In this document: positions 28,892-39,132 of the stretch, in pieces
Position numbering within the stretch: the stretch's first letter is position 1
Layout of the letters: every line of letters starts with the position of its first letter
From: an uncultured Chloroflexia bacterium
GTDB taxonomy: Bacteria > Chloroflexota > Limnocylindria > Limnocylindrales > CSP1-4
Direction: 5' to 3'
Assembly: GCA_963841545.1 (NCBI GenBank)
Contig: CAWJDE010000013.1
Location: 830 to 64,829 of the forward strand
DNA length: 64,000 nt
Position numbers and translations under genes: made by a program
Notes under the pieces: generated by a model
Database searches by the model: none
What the model saw: only the letters and a program-made list of their open reading frames with translations
What the model was told of the DNA's origin: nothing

Positions 28892-29704
28892 TCAGCCGAA
28901 CAGCCAGGCGAGCAGGAGGCTGGCCGCCACGACGACGAGGAGCAGCGGCAGGCTGCCGGCCAGCCCTCCGAAGGACATCGCGGCGGTGACCGCGACCGCC
29001 GCCACGATCACGAACACCGCGGCCCGGCGGGCCTGCCGGTCGCCCCGGGCGAGCTCGTCGTCCGCGAGCTCGTCGTCCGCGACCTCGTCGCCTTCGGTAA
29101 GCTCGCCGTCCGCGGGTTGGTCGCCTTCGGTCAGGTCGCCGTCCGCAAGGGCGTCGTCCGCGACCTCGTCGCCTTGGGTCAGCTCGCCGTCCGCAAGCTC
29201 GTCGCTCGCGACGTCGTCGTCCGCGACCACGGGCCCGGGGCGCGCGGCCGGTTCTTGCGGGCGTCCGGGGAGGGGCATCAGGCCGAGCAGGATCCGACCA
29301 GGGTTGGCGAGCGTCGCAGCTGCGGCCGGGTCGAGCACGTCCTCGACGACCGCCACCGCGACGGCGTCCTCGATGGCGGCCAGGAGCCGTGTCAGGTCCT
29401 CGGCGCGGCCACCAACCTGTTGCCCCATGGCCCCGGAGCTGCTCACGGACCGCGAGACCGCACGCTCCATGAGCTCGTCCCGGACTCGGCCACGTGCCTC
29501 GTCGAGCAATGGCCGGCGCCCGTACCGGCTTGCCAGCTCCTCGAGATCGGCGACGAGGTCCCGCCGCTCGCCCTCATCGCGCCGGGGAACGTCGGGCAGC
29601 CACAGCTCGGGAGGGCTGAGCCGGTCCGCCGCGTCGAACACGGCCTCGACGCGGGCGCGGACGGCACCCTCGCCCGGGACGCTCAGGCGGCCGGGCTGGA
29701 GCAT
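28892..29704 (-). CDS. hypothetical tail-anchored protein with acidic D/E-rich repeats
   Basis: GGAGGGG RBS. Central (DDELADGELTEGDEVAD)n repeats and a C-terminal TM (AAVFVIVAAVAVTAAMSF…). Imperfect ~30-bp DNA repeats at 29080-29230. Confidence 0.5.
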   Translation of the reverse strand: MLQPGRLSVPGEGAVRARVEAVFDAADRLSPPELWLPDVPRRDEGERRDLVADLEELASRYGRRPLLDEARGRVRDELMERAVSRSVSSSGAMGQQVGGRAEDLTRLLAAIEDAVAVAVVEDVLDPAAAATLANPGRILLGLMPLPGRPQEPAARPGPVVADDDVASDELADGELTQGDEVADDALADGDLTEGDQPADGELTEGDEVADDELADDELARGDRQARRAAVFVIVAAVAVTAAMSFGGLAGSLPLLLVVVAASLLLAWLFG

Positions 29705-29805
29705 CCGGAGCCCCTCCGTGTGGACGGCGGATCGGCGTTCGAGGCGCTCAACCGGACGCGCGCCGATCGCGGGGCGCGGGCGGCCGACCCGCCGTGATCG
29801 TGGGC

Positions 29806-31119
29806 TCAGGCGCCGGCGACGTCCAGTGCCTCGGTCATCGTTCCGATGGCCAGATCGATCTCCCCGGCAGTGGTCACCAGGGGCGGGATGATCCGGATCA
29901 CGTTCACATAGGTCCCGGCGGTGAGCACCAGGAGGCCGCGGTCGAAGCACGCCTGCTGGATCCGCTTGGTCAGCGCCGGATCCGGCACGCGCCCGTCGCC
30001 CTCGCCCGGCTTCACCAGCTCCATCGCCACCATGAGCCCGAGACCCCGGACGTCGCCCACGGCCGCCCGGCCCGCGCTCGCCGCCCGCAGCCCCTCGAGC
30101 AGCTGGGTGCCGCGCGTCCGGGCGTTGGCGACCAGGCCCTCGTCCTCGATCACGTCGAGCGTCGCCAGCGCGGCGGCGCAGGCGACCACGTTGCCGCCGT
30201 AGGTGCCACCATGGGCTCCCGGCGGGAACCGATCCATCAGCTCGGTACGGGCGAGGATCCCCGACAGCGGCAGCCCGGACGCGATCCCCTTGGCCATGAC
30301 GAGGATGTCGGGCTCGACGTCCCAGTGGCGGACCGCGAACAGCTCGCCCGTGCGTCCGAACCCGGTCTGGACCTCGTCGGCGATCAGGAGCATCCCGTGC
30401 TGTCGCGTGATCTCGCGCAGGCGGGGCAGGAAGCCGGGAGGCGGCACGATGTAGCCGCCCTCGCCGATCACGGGCTCGACGATGATCCCGGCGACCTTGT
30501 CCGGGTACACGAGCTGGTGGAACAGGAGGTCGAGCTGGGCCTCCCAGTCGCAGCTGCAGGCAGCGGGATCGTGGGCGCCGCCCGTCGCCCGGTAGCAGTA
30601 CGGGTAGGCGGCGTGGTACACGGAGCCGGGGAGTGGCTCGAAGGCGCCGCGGTAGACGTCCTTCGCGGCCGTGAGCGCCATGGCCTGCCCGGTCCGGCCG
30701 TGGAACCCGTAGCGGAACGCGACGATCGCCGGCCGGCCCGTGGCGACCCGGGCCAGCTTGACGGCGGCCTCGACCGCCTCCGCCCCCGAGTTGGCCAGGA
30801 ACGCCGACCACGGACCGCCGGGCAACAGGCCGGCCAGCCGCTCGTACAGGCGCAGGCCGGGCTCGTGGTAGACGATGTTCTGCTGGCCGTGGAGCAGCTT
30901 CGCCGCCTGGGCCTGGATCGCCGCCACGACGCGCGGATGCGCATGCCCGGTGTTGGTGACGCCGATCCCGGACGTGTAGTCGAGGTAGCGGTCGCCGTCG
31001 GCGGTGACCAGCCACGAGCCCTCGCCGTGGTCGACCACGAGGTTGGTGATGCGGCTCCAGACCGCGGGCACGACCGACCGGTCGGGCAGGGGGTGCAGCT
31101 GGGGATCGGTCTCGATCAT
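29806..31119 (-). CDS. class III pyridoxal-phosphate aminotransferase (GabT / omega-aminotransferase-like)
   Basis: Aminotran_3 motifs: LIADEVQTGFGRTG and VMAKGIASGLP (PLP lysine). GAGGGA RBS before MIETD. Confidence 0.85.
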   Translation of the reverse strand: MIETDPQLHPLPDRSVVPAVWSRITNLVVDHGEGSWLVTADGDRYLDYTSGIGVTNTGHAHPRVVAAIQAQAAKLLHGQQNIVYHEPGLRLYERLAGLLPGGPWSAFLANSGAEAVEAAVKLARVATGRPAIVAFRYGFHGRTGQAMALTAAKDVYRGAFEPLPGSVYHAAYPYCYRATGGAHDPAACSCDWEAQLDLLFHQLVYPDKVAGIIVEPVIGEGGYIVPPPGFLPRLREITRQHGMLLIADEVQTGFGRTGELFAVRHWDVEPDILVMAKGIASGLPLSGILARTELMDRFPPGAHGGTYGGNVVACAAALATLDVIEDEGLVANARTRGTQLLEGLRAASAGRAAVGDVRGLGLMVAMELVKPGEGDGRVPDPALTKRIQQACFDRGLLVLTAGTYVNVIRIIPPLVTTAGEIDLAIGTMTEALDVAGA

Positions 31120-31157
31120 CCGGGTCCCTCGGCGAGCTCGGGTGGTGAACGGCCGCT

Positions 31158-32012
31158 TCAGCGGCGGCGGCGTGCGGCGAGCGTGGTGAGCGCCACCGAG
31201 CCGACGGCGATCACGAAGATGCAGGTCCCGATCACGTTGACCTGGACCGGGATCCCGCGGAGCGACGCCGCGTAGATGTACATCGGGAACGTCTGCGTCT
31301 TGCCCGCCGTGAAGTTGGTGATCACGAAGTCGTCGATGGACAGGCTGAAGGCGAGCAGGGCGGCGGCGATGATGCCCGGCAGGATGAGCGGGAAGGTGAC
31401 CCGCCAGAACGTGTGCCACTCGTTGGCGTACAGGTCCATCGCCGCCTCCTCGAGGTGACGCGGGAAGCCGGCCAGCCGTGCCCGGACCGTGACCACGACG
31501 TAGCTGATGTTGAACATGATGTGGGCGATCAGGATGGTCAGGAAGTTGAGCGGGAAGAACGGCGGTGACCCGATCGACACGAACATGGTCAGCAGCGACG
31601 CGCCCATGATGATCTCGGGCGTCGCCATGGGCAGGAAGATCAGGGCGTTGGTCAGGCCCTTGCCGCGGAAGCGGTAGCGCTCGAGCGCGATCGCGATCAG
31701 CGTGCCCAGCGCGGTCGCCACCCCCGTCGACACGAACGCGATGACCAGGCTGAGCATCACCGAGTTGCCCAGGCCCAGGGGTCGGAACGGTTCCAGCCAG
31801 TACTTGAGCGTGAACCCCTGCCAGATGAAGTTGCTGCGGCCGGCCGGGTCGTTGAAGCTGAACGCGATGATCACGAGCACCGGCAGCATCAGGTAGATGA
31901 CCGCCAGCAGCGTGTACGCGATCATCGACCAGCGGTCGACGAACCGGCCCACCCGCGCGCCCAGCGATCCCCGAGGCCGGGTGGCGACGAGCACCGAGGT
32001 CGCCGTCGCCAT
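31158..32012 (-). CDS. potC: ABC transporter permease (PotC/PotI-like)
   Basis: BPD_transp_1 permease with EAA-like loop (…EEAAMDLYANEWHTFWRVTFPL). Confidence 0.8.
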   Translation of the reverse strand: MATATSVLVATRPRGSLGARVGRFVDRWSMIAYTLLAVIYLMLPVLVIIAFSFNDPAGRSNFIWQGFTLKYWLEPFRPLGLGNSVMLSLVIAFVSTGVATALGTLIAIALERYRFRGKGLTNALIFLPMATPEIIMGASLLTMFVSIGSPPFFPLNFLTILIAHIMFNISYVVVTVRARLAGFPRHLEEAAMDLYANEWHTFWRVTFPLILPGIIAAALLAFSLSIDDFVITNFTAGKTQTFPMYIYAASLRGIPVQVNVIGTCIFVIAVGSVALTTLAARRRR

Positions 32013-33031
32013 CAGACCCTCGCCGCGGCCGAGGACAGCTCCTCGGTGCCGAGGATCCGGGCGTAGATCGCGACCACGATCAGCACGCCGGCCATCATGG
32101 TGAAGCTGAGGGCCGCCGCGATCGGGTAGTCGTTCTGGGTCAGGAACTTGTTCTGGATGACATTCCCGATCATGTTCGTGTCCGCATTGCCCAGCAGCTC
32201 GGCGTTGATGTAGTCACCGATCGCGGGGATGAACGTCAACAGCCCTCCCGCGAACACGCCGGACAGCGACAGCGGGAACGTCACCCGCACGAACGATTCC
32301 GAGATCAGGAACCACGCGATCAGCGCCCCCACGGCTGCGCCGATGACGGCGAACACGGGCCACTCGGCGTTGAACGCCAGGCCCAGCGCGGCCATCAGCA
32401 GGCCGCCGACGACCGCACCGGTGATCGCCCCACCAGGTCGCCACGGGCCCGCGTAGAGGTCCTTGGCCGCCTCCACCAGCCGGATGTCCACCTTCTCGAG
32501 CGCGACGTAGATCGGCAGGGTCATGAACGGCAGGAAGTTGTAGGTGATGCCGGCGATGACCGCCATCGGGGTGGCCAGGATGTGGAAGTCCTCGGTCAGC
32601 AGCCCGGCCGACTTGAGCGGGCCGAGGATCGGCCCCACGTCGCCCAGCAGGATCTTCCAGCTGATGGTCCGTAGCAGGAAGCTGGTGAAGAACGGGGCCA
32701 CCACCAGGAACAGCAGCAGGTTCTTGTAGCGTCCGCCCTTGAACGCGATCGTGTAGGCGAGCGGATAGGCGATCAGGAACGTGGTCAGCGTTGCCGCGCC
32801 GCCGTAGAGCAGCGAGCGCCCGTACCACGGGGCGAACTGGGTGACCGCGTTCGGGTAGTTGACCCAGTTCTCGGGCGAGAACTCGAACCCGCGGGCGAGG
32901 GATCCCGACCAGAAGCTGGCCATGAACATCTGGAACGAGGGCCAGAAGTAGAACACGACCAGCCACAGCAGCCCGGGCGTGAGGAGCGCCAGCGGAGTGA
33001 TCCAGTGGTGTCGCTTCAGGAACGCACCCAT
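32012..33031 (-). CDS. potB: ABC transporter permease (PotB/PotH-like)
   Basis: BPD_transp_1 permease (EAAKDLYAGPWR…). Stop/start overlaps potC. Confidence 0.8.
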   Translation of the reverse strand: MGAFLKRHHWITPLALLTPGLLWLVVFYFWPSFQMFMASFWSGSLARGFEFSPENWVNYPNAVTQFAPWYGRSLLYGGAATLTTFLIAYPLAYTIAFKGGRYKNLLLFLVVAPFFTSFLLRTISWKILLGDVGPILGPLKSAGLLTEDFHILATPMAVIAGITYNFLPFMTLPIYVALEKVDIRLVEAAKDLYAGPWRPGGAITGAVVGGLLMAALGLAFNAEWPVFAVIGAAVGALIAWFLISESFVRVTFPLSLSGVFAGGLLTFIPAIGDYINAELLGNADTNMIGNVIQNKFLTQNDYPIAAALSFTMMAGVLIVVAIYARILGTEELSSAAARV

Positions 33032-33080
33032 CGGCCGGTACCGACTCCCTCAGGTTACGGAGCGTGGTTGCCGGTCGGTC

Positions 33081-34352
33081 TCAGCCGACGCCGAGCACCT
33101 TCGCGAACTGCTGGTTGAAGTACGCCTCGTCGTCCTCGCTCAGCGCGCCGAAGATGTGGAGCTTGGCCGTGATCGAGTCGGGCGGAAAGATCAGCGGGTT
33201 GCTGGCGACCTCCGGATCGATCGCCTGGAGCGCGACGTCGGCGCCCTTGACCGGGCAGATGTAGTTGACGTAGTCCTCGACCAGCGCGGCGTTCTCGGGG
33301 ATGTAGTACCAGTCGATGAGCAGCTCGGCCGTGCCCTTGTGCTGAGCGCCCTTGGGGATCATGTTGTTGTCGGTCCAGAGCATGCCGCCCTCGTCGGCGA
33401 CGACGAACTGGATGTCCCGCTTCTTCTGGTTCGCGGTGTCGACCAGCACCTGGATCATGTCGCCCGACCAGGCCATGACGAGGTCGGCGACCTTGTTGCG
33501 CAGATCGTCGGCATAGGAGTTGCCCTTGACGGCGCGGATGATGCCGTCGGACTTCGCCTGCTGCAGGGCGGCCACCGCCTGGTCGCAGCCATCGCGCGTG
33601 GGGTTGGCGGGATCGAGGCCCAGGTAGAGCATGGTCAGCCCGATCGTGTCGCGCATCTCGTCGAGCAGCTCGGTCTTGCCCTTCCAGCGTTCGTCGGGGG
33701 TGAAGAACACGCCGAGGCTCGTGACGTCGCCCGTCACCGACCTGTCGAAGCCGATGCCGGTCATGCCCGACTGCCACGGGGCATGGTGGGTGCCGTCCGG
33801 GTCCCAGCCGACGCCCTTGTAGTTGTCCTTCAGGTTGGCCACGAAGTTGGGCATGTTGCCCAGGTTGAACGACTCGATCCAGCCCAGCCGGATCAGCCGC
33901 GAGGCCATCCAGTCGGTCATGGTGATGATGTCCCAGCCGGTGTCCTGACCCGCCTGGAGCGCCGGCTGGATGGTGCCGAAGAAGGACTCGTTGCCGTCGA
34001 CGACCTCCTGGTACTGGACCGCGGTGCCGTACTTGGCGGTGAACGCGTCGAGCGTGGGATGCGACTGGCCGTCGTCGCTGAGGTCCATGTAGTAGGTCCA
34101 GTTGGCCCAGTTGACGACGTCCGACGGGGTGGCGGGCGGGAGCGTCGGCGACGCGGCCTCCTCGGTCGCGGGCGCCGCGGAGGCGCCCGAGGGGGCCGGC
34201 GTGGACGCCGGCGGGGCCGTCGGGACCGGGGTGTTCGCAGTGCCCTTGGTCCCGCACGCGGCGAGGAAGGCGGCCACGCCGGCCAGCGCTCCGCCCTGGA
34301 GCACGCGACGCCGCGAGACCCGTGCGTTGCCGGCGTTGTTCGTCTCGCTCAT
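33081..34352 (-). CDS. potD: polyamine-type ABC substrate-binding lipoprotein (PotD/PotF-like) with Tat signal
   Basis: SRRRVLQGG Tat motif plus lipobox LAACG, then an SBP_bac_8-like body. Strong GGAGGAGGA RBS. Confidence 0.8.
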   Translation of the reverse strand: MSETNNAGNARVSRRRVLQGGALAGVAAFLAACGTKGTANTPVPTAPPASTPAPSGASAAPATEEAASPTLPPATPSDVVNWANWTYYMDLSDDGQSHPTLDAFTAKYGTAVQYQEVVDGNESFFGTIQPALQAGQDTGWDIITMTDWMASRLIRLGWIESFNLGNMPNFVANLKDNYKGVGWDPDGTHHAPWQSGMTGIGFDRSVTGDVTSLGVFFTPDERWKGKTELLDEMRDTIGLTMLYLGLDPANPTRDGCDQAVAALQQAKSDGIIRAVKGNSYADDLRNKVADLVMAWSGDMIQVLVDTANQKKRDIQFVVADEGGMLWTDNNMIPKGAQHKGTAELLIDWYYIPENAALVEDYVNYICPVKGADVALQAIDPEVASNPLIFPPDSITAKLHIFGALSEDDEAYFNQQFAKVLGVG

Positions 34353-34398
34353 TCGACTCTCCTCCTCCGACCGCTCGCGGTCCTGGTCGTCCGTTTCG

Positions 34399-35568
34399 CT
34401 ACACGACCCCCGCCAGGCCGGTTGGCTCGACCGGCGCGCCTGGCTCGTCCGGCACGACGAAGCTGTGATCGGGGTGCCAGGCGAGCGTGACCTCCTCGCC
34501 GGGGGCCCACAGCTCGGCCCGGGTCGCCCGCTCGGCGTTCTGCTCGTAGACGGTGATCAGGCGTCCGCCGCCCAGCTCCACGATGTACTGCGTGCTGACG
34601 CCGATGTAGGACGCGTCGCGGATCACGCCGTCGAGGCAGTTGGCACCCGCGGCCGTCTCCCCGCCGCGAGGGTGGAGCCGGATCTTCTCCGGCCGCACGC
34701 CGAGCGCGACATCGCCCGGGTGCCCCTCCGTCAGGCTCCTCGGGACGCGCGCCGGTGCGCCGTTCTCGAGACGCAGGACCGCGTAGTCGTCGGCCGTGCC
34801 GTCAGGGGCGGCGCGAAGCAGGTTGCTGACCCCGAGGAAGCCGGCCACGAACCGCGTCATGGGACGTTCGTACAGGACCTCGGGCTCACCCAGCTGCTCG
34901 TAGTGGCCCCGGTTCATCACGGCGATGCGATCCGACATCGTCATCGCCTCCTCCTGGTCGTGGGTCACGTAGATGAACGTGATCCCGACCTCCTGCTGGA
35001 TGCGCTTGAGCTCGACCTGCATCTGCTTGCGCAGCTTGAGGTCGAGCGCGCCCAGCGGCTCGTCGAGCAGCAGCACCCCCGGTCGGTTGATGAGCGCCCG
35101 CGCAAGCGCGACCCGCTGCGCCTGGCCGCCGGAGATCTGGCCGGGCTTGCGCGCCTCGAACCCTTCGAGCTGCACGAGCTGGAGCGCCTGGCGGACACGC
35201 TGCCTGACCTCGTCGGGCTTCACGCCGCGGCGACGCAGCCCAAAGGCGACGTTCTCGAAGATCGTGAGGTGCGGGAACAGCGCGTAGCTCTGGAACACCG
35301 TGTTGACGTTCCGGCTGTAGGGCGGCAGCCAGGTCACGTCCTGACCCTGCAGCTCGATGAGGCCGGAGGTTGGCTCCTCGAACCCGCCGATCATGCGGAG
35401 CGTCGTGGTCTTGCCGCAGCCGGACGGCCCCAGCAGGCTGAAGAACTCGCCGTCGCGGACCTCGAGATCGATGTGATCGACGGCGATCACATCCCCGAAC
35501 GCCTTGGTGACCTGGACGAGCCTGACATCGACGTCGGTCACGGGTGAGGTCCACTCCTCGTACTGCAA
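34399..35568 (-). CDS. potA: ABC transporter ATP-binding protein (PotA-like, with TOBE C-domain)
   Basis: Walker A GPSGCGKTT, signature LSGGQAQRVALARAL and Walker B LLLDEPL. Track start is TTG; an alternative GTG lies at 35541. Confidence 0.85.
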   Translation of the reverse strand: MQYEEWTSPVTDVDVRLVQVTKAFGDVIAVDHIDLEVRDGEFFSLLGPSGCGKTTTLRMIGGFEEPTSGLIELQGQDVTWLPPYSRNVNTVFQSYALFPHLTIFENVAFGLRRRGVKPDEVRQRVRQALQLVQLEGFEARKPGQISGGQAQRVALARALINRPGVLLLDEPLGALDLKLRKQMQVELKRIQQEVGITFIYVTHDQEEAMTMSDRIAVMNRGHYEQLGEPEVLYERPMTRFVAGFLGVSNLLRAAPDGTADDYAVLRLENGAPARVPRSLTEGHPGDVALGVRPEKIRLHPRGGETAAGANCLDGVIRDASYIGVSTQYIVELGGGRLITVYEQNAERATRAELWAPGEEVTLAWHPDHSFVVPDEPGAPVEPTGLAGVV

Positions 35569-35975
35569 CCGGGGGTGCCGGACCCGCGACGAATCCGGCG
35601 GCCGTGCGGACGCTGCACGTCGACGCCCCTTGGGGGCTCGAACGATAGGCGCGCGGAGTCGGGGGTGTCAAATCGACGATCCATCGCCGTTTGGCCGCAG
35701 AGTCGTGCGAGATTCGCAGACCCGACCTCCCGACGCTCATGGATTCGCACGCCCGGGCCGTCGTCCGGGCGATCGGGAGCGACGCCTCCACGGTGCCGGA
35801 CGTCTTCTGGGGAGGCGCGCCCGGACACCGTCGGGGCACCGGCCACGGCACCCGATCCGGGGCGCGAGCGAGGGGCCCGGGGATCACGGGTACGATTAGG
35901 GGACCGCGTCGAGCGGACCGCGACGGCCGTCGCGGCATCCAGTCCCGATCGAGCCAAGAAGCGAGCAGCAAGCGC

Positions 35976-37052
35976 ATGACCGTCATCACCGAGTCCGCCG
36001 TCATGGACGCCCTCCGCACGGTCCAGGAGCCGGAGCTGGGTGGCGACCTCGTGACCCGCGACATGGTCCGCGACCTCACCATCGACGGGATGGCCGTCGC
36101 CTTCACCATCGAGCTCACCACGCCGGCCTGCCCGCTCAAGGACCAGATCGAGGCCGAGGTCCGCCGCGCCCTCGGGCCGCTGGGCGTCGAGGACGTCTCG
36201 ATCACCTGGGGCGCCACGGTCCGCCGGGCTGCGCCGAGGTCGGCGGAGCAGCTGCTGCCAGGGGTCAAGAACGTGCTCGCGGTCGCGTCCGGCAAGGGCG
36301 GTGTCGGCAAGAGCACGGTGAGCGTCAATCTCGCCGTGGCCCTCGCGCGCGCCGGCGCCGCCGTCGGTCTCCTCGACGCCGACATCACCGGCCCCAACGT
36401 TCCGATGATGCTCGGGGCGGAGGGCCAGCCGACGGCGAGCGAGAACAACCGGATCGTCCCCCTCGAGCGCCACGGCGTGAAGGTGATCTCGATCCAGTTC
36501 TTCGTCCCCGAGGGCCAGCCGATCGTGTGGCGCGGCCCGCTCATCGGCGGTGCGATCAGCCAGTTCCTGCGCGACGTGGACTGGGGCGAGCTCGACTACC
36601 TGGTGGTGGATCTGCCGCCCGGCACCTCGGACGCGCAGCTCACGCTGGCGCAGGCCGTTCCGGTGAGCGGCACCGTGCTGGTGACCACCCCGCAGGACGT
36701 CGCGCTGTCCGACGTGGCCAAGGCCCTCGCGATGCTCGAGCGGCTGAACGTGCCGGTGATCGGCGTGGTCGAGAACATGAGCGCGTTCGTCTGCCCCCAC
36801 TGCGGCGAGGCGACCGAGATCTTCGGCCGCGGTGGCGGCGAGCGCTTCGCGCAGGAGCACGGGCTCGACTTCCTGGGCAAGATCCCGCTCGACATCACCG
36901 TGCGCCAGGGCGGCGATGCAGGCGTGCCGGCAGTCGCCCAGCGCGAGCCCGGCCCCGCGGCGCTCGCCCTCCTGGCGGTTGCCGGGCAGGTGGCGGCGAA
37001 GATGAGCATCCGGGCGGCCACCGCGCAGGCGCCCGTGCTGACCGTGTCCTGA
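35976..37052 (+). CDS. apbC: Mrp/ApbC Fe-S cluster carrier ATPase with N-terminal MIP18 (DUF59) domain
   Basis: P-loop SGKGGVGKSTVSVNLA and CPHC Fe-S ligand motif. Confidence 0.85.
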   Translation: MTVITESAVMDALRTVQEPELGGDLVTRDMVRDLTIDGMAVAFTIELTTPACPLKDQIEAEVRRALGPLGVEDVSITWGATVRRAAPRSAEQLLPGVKNVLAVASGKGGVGKSTVSVNLAVALARAGAAVGLLDADITGPNVPMMLGAEGQPTASENNRIVPLERHGVKVISIQFFVPEGQPIVWRGPLIGGAISQFLRDVDWGELDYLVVDLPPGTSDAQLTLAQAVPVSGTVLVTTPQDVALSDVAKALAMLERLNVPVIGVVENMSAFVCPHCGEATEIFGRGGGERFAQEHGLDFLGKIPLDITVRQGGDAGVPAVAQREPGPAALALLAVAGQVAAKMSIRAATAQAPVLTVS

Positions 37053-37095
37053 CGGATCGACCCCCGGGACCCGAACGGGAGCTGGATGGGCGCCC

Positions 37096-37812
37096 ATGAG
37101 CCAGGGCCGCCAGCCGCCTGACGCGTCGGCCCTCCGGGCCGCGCTCGACGGGATGCCCCTGTTCCGCGACCTCGGGGACGCGGACCTCGCCGCGCTGGCC
37201 GCCACGGTGCGCACGCGCCGATACCGGCGGTCCGAGGTGATCTTCCACCAGGGCGACCCCGGCGATGGGCTGCACATCGTGCTGGGCGGTCGGGTCAAGA
37301 TCTCGACCGTCAGCGAGAGCGGCCTGGAAGCGATTCTTGCGACCCTGCGCCCGGGCGAGTTCTTCGGTGCCCTGGCCCTGCTCGACGGCGCGCCCCGGTC
37401 CGCGACGGCGACCGCCGTCGAGACGACGGAGACGATGATCCTTCCCCGTGACCGGTTCCGACAGCTGGTGGACGAGGAGCCGCGGATCCGCGATCACGTG
37501 CTGACGCAGCTCGCCCACGAGCTGCGTCGCCTGACGAACCACGTCGAGGAGCTGCATTTCCTGGACATCGCCGGCCGGCTGGCAGCCCGCCTCGCGCGCA
37601 TGGCCGAGGAGCAGGGGCGGCCTGGCGGCGATGGCGAGGTCCGCCTCGACGGCCCGATCACGCAGGGCGAGCTTGCGGCGATGGTGGGCAGCACCCGTCA
37701 GAGCGTGAACAAGCTGCTGGGGTGGCTGATCGACGACGGCCTGATCCGCCTCGAGCGCGACGCGATCGTGATCGTCGACCTGCCCGGGCTCCAGCGGGCG
37801 GCGCGGCGCTAG
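37096..37812 (+). CDS. Crp/Fnr family transcriptional regulator
   Basis: cNMP-binding fold (GEFFGALALLDGAPRSATA) and a C-terminal HTH (TQGELAAMVGSTRQSVNKLL). Confidence 0.85.
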   Translation: MSQGRQPPDASALRAALDGMPLFRDLGDADLAALAATVRTRRYRRSEVIFHQGDPGDGLHIVLGGRVKISTVSESGLEAILATLRPGEFFGALALLDGAPRSATATAVETTETMILPRDRFRQLVDEEPRIRDHVLTQLAHELRRLTNHVEELHFLDIAGRLAARLARMAEEQGRPGGDGEVRLDGPITQGELAAMVGSTRQSVNKLLGWLIDDGLIRLERDAIVIVDLPGLQRAARR

Positions 37813-37852
37813 GACGTGCGCGCGCCGGACCGGTCGCGTGGCGACGACCCGG

Positions 37853-39046
37853 CTAGCCCTTGTCGCGCAGCGCGGCCAGCAGCACCGCGGCGGCCGCGAT
37901 CGCCGCGCGATCGGCCCCCTGGCTCCCGCGCATGAACGCGAGGCGTCGCTCGACGCGGGTGCCCGCGGGCGTCGCCAGCGCGATCCGGACCGCCGAGTCC
38001 TCGTGCGCCGGCTCGACGCGAATGGCCAGCCCGATGGTCGTGCCCGCCTCGTCGCGGACGCGCTCGGCGTCCGCCGCGTCGTCAACCGTCCCCGGCGCGT
38101 CGCCGAGGACCTCGGCGCGGTGGAGCGCGGTGAGGTCGTGGAGGAGCCCGACCAGCGCGCCGCGCGAACCCCGCTCACGGGTGGCCAGGGTCCAGCCCCG
38201 TGCCGCCAGGGCCTCGTCCAGCGCCTCCGCCCAGGTCGTGTCGCCGCGAGACCAGACGTGGGCGCCGACGATGGCCAGCACAGCCCGCTCCGCCTCGTCC
38301 GCGATCTCGGCCGCCGTCCGGCCGTCCGCGGCGCGCGCCGAGATCCGGATGTCGACCGCCTCGTGCCGGGCATAGGTCGCCACCACCGGGTTGGCGGCCC
38401 GCAGCATGGCCTCGCCCAGGTCCTCGGCGAGCTGCGACTCGCCGATCCCGGTCAGCCGCAACGTCCTGACCTCGCTGTCCGCTCCGACGCCGCGCTCGCC
38501 GAGCCGCGGCAGCACCGCGGTCGCCCACATCGGACGCATCTCACGCGGGGGCCCGGGCAGCAGCACGATGACGCGTCCATCGGGGCGGTCGACCCACCAG
38601 CCGGGTGCCGACCCGTGGGGATTGGGCAGGCTGGTCGCGGACGGGATCAGCCAGGCCTGCTTGACGTTCGTCGCGGGAAAGGGCAGCCGCCGCCGGCGCC
38701 ACCGCTCGCGCAGCCAGTCGAGCGTGCCCGGATCGACGGTCAGGGATTCCCCGCATGCCTCCGCGACCGCCTCGCGGGTCAGGTCGTCGGGCGTGGGGCC
38801 GAGGCCGCCGGTGGTGACCACGAGATCGGCGCGCCGGAGCGCGACGCGCAGGGCGTCGACGACGACCGGCAGGTCGTCGGGCAGGTTGGCGATCCGGCCC
38901 ACCGTCACGCCGCGCCCGACCAGCGACCGGGCCAGCTCACCGCTGTTGGTGTCGGTCGTCTCGCCCACGGTCAGCTCGGTTCCCACGGCCAGCAGCTCGG
39001 CCGTCAGGATCGCGCGCCGGATCGTCGGGGAGGCTTCGCCGGGCAT
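37853..39046 (-). CDS. cinA: CinA family protein (competence/damage-inducible; NMN amidohydrolase-like)
   Basis: MoCF_biosynth N-domain (AEL LAVGTELTVGETTDTN) plus a CinA C-domain. Start at MPGEAS chosen by family N-terminus; the track GTG at 39085 adds 13 aa. Confidence 0.8.
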   Translation of the reverse strand: MPGEASPTIRRAILTAELLAVGTELTVGETTDTNSGELARSLVGRGVTVGRIANLPDDLPVVVDALRVALRRADLVVTTGGLGPTPDDLTREAVAEACGESLTVDPGTLDWLRERWRRRRLPFPATNVKQAWLIPSATSLPNPHGSAPGWWVDRPDGRVIVLLPGPPREMRPMWATAVLPRLGERGVGADSEVRTLRLTGIGESQLAEDLGEAMLRAANPVVATYARHEAVDIRISARAADGRTAAEIADEAERAVLAIVGAHVWSRGDTTWAEALDEALAARGWTLATRERGSRGALVGLLHDLTALHRAEVLGDAPGTVDDAADAERVRDEAGTTIGLAIRVEPAHEDSAVRIALATPAGTRVERRLAFMRGSQGADRAAIAAAAVLLAALRDKG

Positions 39047-39132
39047 GTGGCGGAGGGTACCCCGCCGGCGGGCGGCTGACCGCACCGGGGTGGGCCGCCG
39101 GTCGCCGCTGGTATGATTCGATCGCTCCCCGG

